From an uncultured Clostridium sp. (GTDB lineage Bacteria > Bacillota > Clostridia > TANB77 > CAG-508), in assembly GCA_947570695.1 (NCBI GenBank), contig CANOVB010000004.1:97092-161091 (forward strand): 64,000 nt of DNA, written 5' to 3'. Below are positions 57,231 to 64,000 of the stretch, piece by piece. Numbering within the stretch: the first letter of the stretch is position 1; each line of letters starts with the position of its first letter. Below the pieces are notes generated by a model that was not told the origin of the DNA, did no database searches, and saw only the letters and a program-made list of their open reading frames with translations. Position numbers and translations under genes: made by a program.

Positions 57231-57806
57231 TTATTTTGCAAAAAGTATACTTACTATATTTTCATATTTTTCTTTTAATACTTCTTTTGTTCTTTGACTT
57301 AATTTATTATAATCTCTTTCTAACTTTTTCTTTACAAATTCAGTTCCCTCTTCTAATGATAGCCCCATTTCATTTTTTCCAAATGCTAAATGAAATAAAG
57401 AAGGAATACAATCAAAATGTGCCATAACATCTGCGTCTGCTACACATTGCTCTTCTATAGTATTTCTAGGTAGATCTTTACTGCCTCTATGCCTTAATAT
57501 ACATTCTTTCACACTTTCTTTTCTGTCTTGTGGATAATTAAGTTTTGTTAGTAATTCATCTGCTATTTTCGCACCATAAATATTATGTTCTTCTCTAGGT
57601 CCAAATTCTGAAGGCATTGCTATATCATGTAATAATGCTCCCAATTCTACAATTTCAATATCAGCCCCATATTTTTTAGCTAATTCTATAGCATTTTTTA
57701 CAACATATTTAATATGATCATTCCAAAAATCATAATTATATTTTTCATTATATATATTACATCTTTTAAGTAATTCTTTTTTTATATCATTTACTATATC
57801 ACTCAT
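57231..57806 (-). CDS. HD-domain phosphohydrolase
   Basis: 191 aa. H…HD motif (GALLHDIAMP), downstream His/Asp (CILRHRGS, ADADVMAHFD). Confidence 0.7.
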   Translation of the reverse strand: MSDIVNDIKKELLKRCNIYNEKYNYDFWNDHIKYVVKNAIELAKKYGADIEIVELGALLHDIAMPSEFGPREEHNIYGAKIADELLTKLNYPQDRKESVKECILRHRGSKDLPRNTIEEQCVADADVMAHFDCIPSLFHLAFGKNEMGLSLEEGTEFVKKKLERDYNKLSQRTKEVLKEKYENIVSILFAK

Positions 57807-57876
57807 AGTTTTTCCTCTTTACTAAATTAATTTATTCTTACATTATATTTTTTAAATCATTTTATACTTAATATTT

Positions 57877-58554
57877 TTAATCATTCTGTTTTATTACTTT
57901 TTTTACTCTATCAATAAACTCTATTTTGTTAGATAATGCTTTTCTTAAATTTTGAATTGATCTTTCAAATTCCTTGTCTTCTAAATATATTTTTGCATAT
58001 CCACATTCTCCATATTTTTCTGTTAAATGTCGATATATTTCTTCTATTTGCTCCTCTTCTGTAAATTCTGGAAAATTCTTCAATCCATATGAATATGTTC
58101 TCCTTATAACATTATCTATATTAATAATTGCCCTATCTGCTGTACTAATTATTTTTCCATATATACTTCTAGGTTCGCGATTACTTGATGCTCTATGATC
58201 CTCTATTGCTTCTTTAATAATTTTTCTTTCCTCATCCGTAAACCATTTCTTCATATTTTCGTCTTTCATAAACATTTCAGCTGATATAATTTCATGTGTC
58301 TTTCTATCTATATAATGACCTATATCATGATAAGATGCTATTGTATAAACTATATCTAAATCAGCATCATAATTTTTTGCTAATTCTAAACTTCTTTTTA
58401 TTACTGTTTTTATGTGTTCTATTCCATGCCCTTCTTCATTTCTACTATACAATGGAAATATTTTATTTGTTATATATTGTATTATTTCTTCATCTATTTC
58501 ATTTTTAATATTTAATAGCGTTTCATTATTTTTATCTTTTAAAATTTCATTCAT
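57877..58554 (-). CDS. HD-domain phosphohydrolase
   Basis: 225 aa. HGIEHIKTV … IASYHDIGHYIDRKTHEI … EDHRAS, consistent with the HD superfamily. Confidence 0.7.
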   Translation of the reverse strand: MNEILKDKNNETLLNIKNEIDEEIIQYITNKIFPLYSRNEEGHGIEHIKTVIKRSLELAKNYDADLDIVYTIASYHDIGHYIDRKTHEIISAEMFMKDENMKKWFTDEERKIIKEAIEDHRASSNREPRSIYGKIISTADRAIINIDNVIRRTYSYGLKNFPEFTEEEQIEEIYRHLTEKYGECGYAKIYLEDKEFERSIQNLRKALSNKIEFIDRVKKVIKQND

Positions 58555-58647
58555 TCTTTTGCTTACTCCAATATATATTTTTAGTAAAATATATCATAAA
58601 ATCTTATTTCTCTCAATTAAATTTATAAAATTTTACAGAAAATAATA

Positions 58648-58690
58648 TAAAGAGATAAAGTTTCTTTACTTTATCTCTTGTATATCTGGT
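58648..58690 (-). terminator. Rho-independent terminator downstream of the PEP-utilising phosphotransferase gene
   Basis: 10-bp stem AGAGATAAAG/CTTTATCTCT with 8-nt loop, U-rich 3' on the minus strand. Confidence 0.5.
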
Positions 58691-58735
58691 TTTTACTTGA
58701 TTTTGTAAAGCACATTATAATTCATGGATAGGATT

Positions 58736-61195
58736 TTATTTTAAAATATATACTTTTCCATTATATGCATCTAATTCTATCATTTGCCCATCTTGTATTT
58801 CTTTTGTTCCATTTATTGTTCCCACAATACAAGGTACATTAAATTCTCTAGAAAGAATCGCCGCATGACATGTAATTCCACCTTCATCAGTTATGAAGCC
58901 AGATGCTTTTTCCATTGCTGAAACATAGTCAGGAGTTGTCATTGTTGCTACAATTATATCTCCTTTTTCTACTCTATAAATATCTTGATATTTGGTTAAA
59001 ACTCTAGCTATCCCTTTTACTTTTCCTCTATTTGCAATACTTCCTGAAATTATTTTGCTATTAGATTTTTCTTCTTCATCACTTGATGTTTTGTAGGCTT
59101 TTGCAATTTCATCTTGTAATTGCAAACTTTCATTTCCAAATACAGTCTGAACATTTCCATTAATCCAAATCATAGCAAAACCTTTTTTCCTATTTTCAAG
59201 TACATTTTTTATTTCTCTACTAATAATTCCTTGATTTTTCAAAATATCTAATATTTCTTTATCATCAAGCATAATCAAATTCTTATTTTCAATTCGAGTT
59301 CTATTAGAAATCTCTTCAAAAATCGTATGTCTTCCCACATAGAATAAATGGTCTGAATATTCTGTTGTATATGTTCTTAAAAATATAAAATTTCTTATTG
59401 CTGTAATTAATTTTTTAGCTCTATGAGTAAAATTATATTGTTCTAATATCTTTTCATATTCAATATCATTATTTTTTCTAACATTATTGATATTTTCAAT
59501 TTTCTCTTCTATATCATCATTTATTAAATTGTCTAATCTTAATAAATAATCTTCTTTCGTAAAAGCAGTATCTTCAAATTCTACAGGTCCCCTTATCCAT
59601 GAATATTGTTGAACATGTTCGTCAATTAATTCTTCCACATTTTTACCATTTTTGATTTTCAATGCTAATTTTAATAAATCTAATGGTTCTTCACTATATG
59701 AAAGTTGGAAATAATTAGGACATGTAGAAATCTTTGAAAATATAATCTCAATATCTTTTTCACTAAAGTTTTCATTAATTAATTCTTTTTCTAATCTATA
59801 TATCAAATAATCCTCTGGTCTTGTCATTCCAGGTATAAAGCTTTTAATATATAGATTATTAAACATTTCCATCTCTTCATATAATTCATTAAAACTTAAT
59901 GTTTCTAGGTTTTTGTTTTTCAAATATTTTAAATAATCTTTAATTTCTTCCACCAAATCAAATTCTATTTTTGCAAATTTTTCAAAAAAGTTAATATCAT
60001 TTTGTAAATAGTTATCAAGTTTTTTACATAATAATTCAAAATCTGAATCTAATAAATATTCATCACCATTTAGACATAAATAATTTTGAGTTGCAATTTC
60101 AAATCCTAATAATTCATTTTGATATTTTTCTAAGCTTGCATAAATTTCTGTATTTTCTACAAACCAATTAAATTTTCTTGAAACATAAAATTTCCAATTT
60201 CCTATTTTCTTTATTTTCTCTACTAATTCATTTTTCTTTATTGTAGTAATAGGTCTACATTGCAAAATATATATTTTACCATTTTCAATTCCATATTCTA
60301 TATCTACTGGAAAACCATAAAAATCCTCAATTTTCTTAACTAAATTAGATAATTTTAAAACAATTTTATCATCTAATTTTTGTAAATTTCCATCTTTGAC
60401 TTCTAGCCATTTATTTATTCCATTTTCTTTAACTAATTTAGTTTTTTGACATTTTATTGCTTTGTTTATTATTGTATTATCTTTTTTACTTATAGTATAA
60501 TTATCTGGAGTTATCTTCCCTGATACAATAGCTTCTCCTAATCCTAAAGCACTTTCAATAACAATTTCATCTAAATTATTATTAGTTGGATTTATTGAAA
60601 ATGCTACACCAGACACATCACTTTGTAACATTTTTTGTACAATAACAGCAACTGTTATATCTGATTTATCATTATTTTTTATTCTATAAAAGATAGCTCG
60701 TGGACTAAAAATTGAACTCCAACATTTCTTTATGTTTTCTATAATATTCATTTCATCTACGTTTAAAAATGTTTCTAATTGTCCTGCCCATGCATGATTT
60801 ACTCCATCTTCTGAAGTTGCTGATGATCTTACCGCAACATATTTACAATTTAATTCTTTATAACTTATCATAATTTCTTTTTCTATAGTATCTGATATAT
60901 AGCATTTTGAAATAATTTGAGTTATTTCATTTGATTTATTTTCTATATCTTTTTCATCATTTATATTACATCTATTAATTATTTCTTGTATTTTTTCTTT
61001 AACATTATTTTCATCTAAAAATTTATCAAATACATTTGCCATAATTATATATCCATTTGGTATATTAAACTCATTCTGATACATTTTTGCTAGAGATGAT
61101 CCTTTTCCACCAACGCTATCTATTTCACTAATATCCTTAAAAAACTTTACATTCATATTCATTCTCCTATCAAATCTAAAATTATAGTTTCCCAA
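58736..61195 (-). CDS. PEP-utilising-enzyme family phosphotransferase (rifampin-phosphotransferase-like architecture)
   Basis: 819 aa. N-terminal PEP-synthase/PPDK-type ATP-grasp domain (SVGGKGSSLAKM…). C-terminal swivelling phosphohistidine domain (GGITCHAAILSREFNVPCIVGT) at the extreme C-terminus with no TIM-barrel PEP domain after it. This is the RPH domain order, not the PpsA order. Confidence 0.7.
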   Translation of the reverse strand: MGNYNFRFDRRMNMNVKFFKDISEIDSVGGKGSSLAKMYQNEFNIPNGYIIMANVFDKFLDENNVKEKIQEIINRCNINDEKDIENKSNEITQIISKCYISDTIEKEIMISYKELNCKYVAVRSSATSEDGVNHAWAGQLETFLNVDEMNIIENIKKCWSSIFSPRAIFYRIKNNDKSDITVAVIVQKMLQSDVSGVAFSINPTNNNLDEIVIESALGLGEAIVSGKITPDNYTISKKDNTIINKAIKCQKTKLVKENGINKWLEVKDGNLQKLDDKIVLKLSNLVKKIEDFYGFPVDIEYGIENGKIYILQCRPITTIKKNELVEKIKKIGNWKFYVSRKFNWFVENTEIYASLEKYQNELLGFEIATQNYLCLNGDEYLLDSDFELLCKKLDNYLQNDINFFEKFAKIEFDLVEEIKDYLKYLKNKNLETLSFNELYEEMEMFNNLYIKSFIPGMTRPEDYLIYRLEKELINENFSEKDIEIIFSKISTCPNYFQLSYSEEPLDLLKLALKIKNGKNVEELIDEHVQQYSWIRGPVEFEDTAFTKEDYLLRLDNLINDDIEEKIENINNVRKNNDIEYEKILEQYNFTHRAKKLITAIRNFIFLRTYTTEYSDHLFYVGRHTIFEEISNRTRIENKNLIMLDDKEILDILKNQGIISREIKNVLENRKKGFAMIWINGNVQTVFGNESLQLQDEIAKAYKTSSDEEEKSNSKIISGSIANRGKVKGIARVLTKYQDIYRVEKGDIIVATMTTPDYVSAMEKASGFITDEGGITCHAAILSREFNVPCIVGTINGTKEIQDGQMIELDAYNGKVYILK

Positions 61196-61578
61196 TCTTT
61201 TGTAGGTAGTACTCTTATTTCTGTTTTTTCATCATCTCCATAATATTCACTAATAACATTATCGAATTTTTTATTTTTTATTTCTTTAGCATTTTTTGCT
61301 GATAATTTTATTGATTTATTATTAATTCCATTTTCTATTATTAATTCTTTTGTTCTAAATGAAATTGATAAATTACATATATCTTTTTTCATAAGACTAT
61401 TAAAATAGCTCATAAATGTTGCAAACTCTTCATTTGAAGCATCTCCATAAAATACCATATTAATGATATGATTTTCTTTTTCTCCAATTTTCTCTAGATT
61501 TTTCTTGAATAATATAATTTTATTTATATCCATGAACTTCTTTCTGTCATATTCAAACATTAATACATATCTTTTCAT
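61159..61578 (-). CDS. Hypothetical protein
   Basis: 139-aa ORF overlapping both neighbours by a few codons (translational coupling). No motif recognised. Confidence 0.4.
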   Translation of the reverse strand: MKRYVLMFEYDRKKFMDINKIILFKKNLEKIGEKENHIINMVFYGDASNEEFATFMSYFNSLMKKDICNLSISFRTKELIIENGINNKSIKLSAKNAKEIKNKKFDNVISEYYGDDEKTEIRVLPTKDWETIILDLIGE

Positions 61579-62618
61579 ATCTCTATTCCTCCATCTTCCT
61601 TAAGATTTATTATTGAAATTAATTTTTCAATACACTGTGCAATTCCATCTGAATTTTTCCAATCTCCAACAATAATATTTCTGTCATTATATGCTTTTTT
61701 TCCAATATTAGATAGTGCTATAAATACAGTAGAAATTCCTAATTTCTTCATTCTTTCTTTATTTTCTGTATACATTTTTAAATCTTCATCTTGAGAATCT
61801 CCTCCTATTATTATAAAAGGAATTTCATATTTTTCTTTTAATTTCTTTGTTATCATTAATACTGATTCAGATTTTGAATGTTTTTTAGGTTTTATATCAC
61901 ATTCTTTTCCATAAGAATCATAATAAGTAACTGATTCTATATCGTCATATCCAAATATATTTTCTATTTGTTCACTCACTCTTGCTAAATCCGTTCTAGT
62001 TATATCATCAAAAACAATATTATACATACTTGTAACTTCTGGACTTATTTTTCCTGCATATTGCTTAACAATATTTTCTATTTCTGGTCTTTTTTCTAAT
62101 ATCCTAGTATCTAATGTTAATAATTGACTAGATTTATCCTTTTTAATAATAAACCCACAATATTCTGCAACTACTCCATCAAATAAATTAGGAATGCCAT
62201 AATTTTCTGCTAATTCACAAAGTAACTTATATTTACTTTTAGCTGATTCAAATGATGAACCTGTAATCATTGTTATTTGTACTTCTGAATTAAATTTTGA
62301 TTGTAGTGCTATAATTGAATCAAAAATTTTTTTTACATTTTCTGCTCCGCCTTTTAATAATAAATCAGTAGTTCCAGAATAATCTAAAAACAAGGGAATA
62401 ACTCTTTTTTTATTTATCTCTTTATATTTTAGAATATCACCTGGCTGACATTCTAAAATTCTACATATTTCATCTAACGTACTAAATCTAATTGCAGAAA
62501 TATTTCCGTTTTTAATATTTGACAAATTTACTGGAGAAATTCCTACTTCTTCTGCTAATTTTACAAGATTATATCCTTTTTCTTTCATTATCTCTTCTAA
62601 ATTTGTAATAATTGCCAT
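61575..62618 (-). CDS. XRE-type HTH regulator fused to a HAD-IIB-like (Cof/sucrose-phosphatase-like) domain
   Basis: 347 aa. N-terminal HTH GYNLVKLAEEVGISPVNLSNIKNG. C-terminal FLDYSGTT (degenerate DxDGT motif I, second Asp replaced) and GGDSQDED (motif IV-like). Confidence 0.6.
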   Translation of the reverse strand: MAIITNLEEIMKEKGYNLVKLAEEVGISPVNLSNIKNGNISAIRFSTLDEICRILECQPGDILKYKEINKKRVIPLFLDYSGTTDLLLKGGAENVKKIFDSIIALQSKFNSEVQITMITGSSFESAKSKYKLLCELAENYGIPNLFDGVVAEYCGFIIKKDKSSQLLTLDTRILEKRPEIENIVKQYAGKISPEVTSMYNIVFDDITRTDLARVSEQIENIFGYDDIESVTYYDSYGKECDIKPKKHSKSESVLMITKKLKEKYEIPFIIIGGDSQDEDLKMYTENKERMKKLGISTVFIALSNIGKKAYNDRNIIVGDWKNSDGIAQCIEKLISIINLKEDGGIEI

Positions 62619-62635
62619 AACTTATTACCTCCATT

Positions 62636-62669
62636 TTAATATATAAATTATATCACTATAACAGTGTTT
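62636..62669 (-). promoter_or_regulatory. Candidate sigma-A promoter for the HTH/HAD-like regulator operon
   Basis: Minus strand TTGACA - 18 nt - TATAAT. The -10 ends about 20 nt before the ATG. RBS GGAGG precedes the ATG. Confidence 0.4.
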
Positions 62670-63036
62670 TTGTCAATTTCATATCGCTTATCATATTTTA
62701 TTATTCGTTTATCATAATTATTAAGTTGGAATGTATTATAAATAAAAAAGAAAGCCTTTTACCCAAGACTTCCAATTTAAGTTTTATCTCTAAACATTTA
62801 TATTTTTTATTATTAAATTATTACAATATTAAGACAATGTAGTGCAGCAAGTTGAAACATTCTCTAAATATTTCATAAGTAATCTGTAACTCACTTCGTT
62901 CGAACAGCTTACTTAACTACTTCGCACACCATGTCAACTTCTATCGTTACCCTAATTTTATTATTTTCTACTCTTTTTATCTTATTTCTGCCTTTTCTCT
63001 CAAAGATAATAAAATCTTCAAAAGCTGTAAATTCAA

Positions 63037-64000
63037 CTATTGAATCAAATCTTTGAGTGATAGCACCGAGCAACACTCCACGTGATGTGTAAATGGAAAC
63101 ATATCACATATTGAAATATCTTCTAACTTATATTTCTCCTCAAAGATTTTCAAATCACGTCCAAGTGTAGCTGGATTACAACTTACATAAACAATTCTTT
63201 TAGGCATTATTTGCATAAGAGTTTCAATAGCAGTCTTATCACATCCTTTTCTTGGTGGATCCAAAAAAACTACATCTGGAATTATGTTTCTCTCTTTTAT
63301 AAATTCTGGTAAAGTTTTCTCAACATCACCCACAAAAAATTCTGCATTTTTTAAATTATTTAGTTTAGCATTTTCTTTTGCATCTTCTATTGCCTCAGGA
63401 ATTGTTTCTATTCCATATAATTTCTTTATTTTATGTGATGCAAAAATTCCTATTGTTCCTATTCCACAATACAAATCAAATACTGTTTCATTCCCCTTAA
63501 GTTTAGCATATTCTATAGCTTTACTATATAATTTTTCTGTTTGTACTGGATTTACTTGATAAAAAGACATTGGAGAAATTTTAAACTTAAAATCTCCTAA
63601 ATAATCATATATGTATCCTTTTCCATATAATATCTCATTTTCATTTCCTAAAATAACATTTGTATTTTTATTATTAATATTTTTTACTATTGTTTTTACT
63701 TCTGGATATTTTAATGTAATATATTTTACTAATTCTCTTTCCTTCTCAATTTCTCTTGTATTAGCAACCAAAGTTATCATTACTTCATTTGTTTTTTTGC
63801 CAATTCTTATTACTATATGTCTTATACTTCCTTCAAGATTTGTTTCATCATAAACTTTTATCTTATTTTCACATATCCACTCAAATATACTATTTGCTAT
63901 TTGTTGGCTTAACTCATCTTGAATTTTACACTCTAGTGTTGGAATTATTTTGTGTGTTCTTTCTGCATATACTCCCATTACTGGAATATGGGTTTCATCC
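63037..64000 (-). CDS. 23S rRNA (uracil-C5)-methyltransferase RlmD/RumA family. Partial: the N-terminus lies beyond the window edge.
   Basis: Class-I SAM MTase motifs VFDLYCGIGTIG and VVFLDPPRKGCD. C-terminal …FPFTHHVECCSVL typical of the TrmA/RumA family. The reading frame stays open upstream of the annotated Met to position 64000. Confidence 0.8.
   Translation of the reverse strand, partial: DETHIPVMGVYAERTHKIIPTLECKIQDELSQQIANSIFEWICENKIKVYDETNLEGSIRHIVIRIGKKTNEVMITLVANTREIEKERELVKYITLKYPEVKTIVKNINNKNTNVILGNENEILYGKGYIYDYLGDFKFKISPMSFYQVNPVQTEKLYSKAIEYAKLKGNETVFDLYCGIGTIGIFASHKIKKLYGIETIPEAIEDAKENAKLNNLKNAEFFVGDVEKTLPEFIKERNIIPDVVFLDPPRKGCDKTAIETLMQIMPKRIVYVSCNPATLGRDLKIFEEKYKLEDISICDMFPFTHHVECCSVLSLKDLIQ

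Noticed and set aside
1-64000. CRISPR arrays, tRNA or rRNA genes, IS elements or transposases, integrases
   Set aside because: No regularly spaced short direct repeats were seen. No G+C-rich ~75-nt cloverleaf candidates with T-loop consensus. No DDE, serine- or tyrosine-recombinase motifs in any ORF.

Overview
The window is a very AT-rich chromosomal segment with the gene content of a low-GC Firmicute (Clostridia-like). My hand counts on 60-nt samples give roughly 20-25% G+C in coding sequence. Almost every gene except a short plus-strand block at 14.2-17.4 kb is on the minus strand, and standard code 11 fits all full-length housekeeping ORFs.

Supported features:
- Housekeeping genes: ftsY, asnB, mutS, miaB, asd, dtd, gpsA, plsY, der (engA), a dCMP-deaminase family gene, rpmF, rdgB and a RumA/RlmD-family rRNA methyltransferase truncated by the window edge.
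- Accessory content: a 1679-aa SF2 helicase with an uncharacterised N-terminal region and C-terminal helicase-associated-type repeats.
- Two adjacent mTERF-like proteins, one carrying an in-frame TGA inside its N-terminal helix-turn-helix.
- A 0.5-kb G+C-rich island encoding a single cupin-like protein, fenced by terminators.
- An 841-aa fusion of an adenosine-deaminase-like amidohydrolase with a C-terminal SLOG/LOG-like Rossmann domain.
- A second compositionally distinct unit, a LemA-TPM gene pair.
- A 17-gene co-directional array of small nucleotide-processing enzymes (HD x3, histidine phosphatase, DNPH1-like x2, HAD 5'-nucleotidase, guanylate-kinase-like, APH-like kinase, ITPase, UDG family 4-like), headed by a PEP-utilising (rifampin-phosphotransferase-like) phosphotransferase.

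The most striking region is 30.7-43.4 kb: a putative non-cellulosomal cohesin-dockerin surface-display locus. It comprises:
- an XRE regulator;
- a membrane-anchored cohesin protein;
- an 1100-aa cohesin plus multi-Big_2 protein ending in an SPHTG sortase-B-type sorting signal;
- a class B sortase;
- three secreted proteins (transglutaminase-like, CAP/SCP plus Big_2, BspA-type LRR) that share a near-identical C-terminal dockerin module. That module is encoded by roughly 200-300-bp direct DNA repeats.

No rRNA, tRNA, CRISPR array or transposase was recognised.
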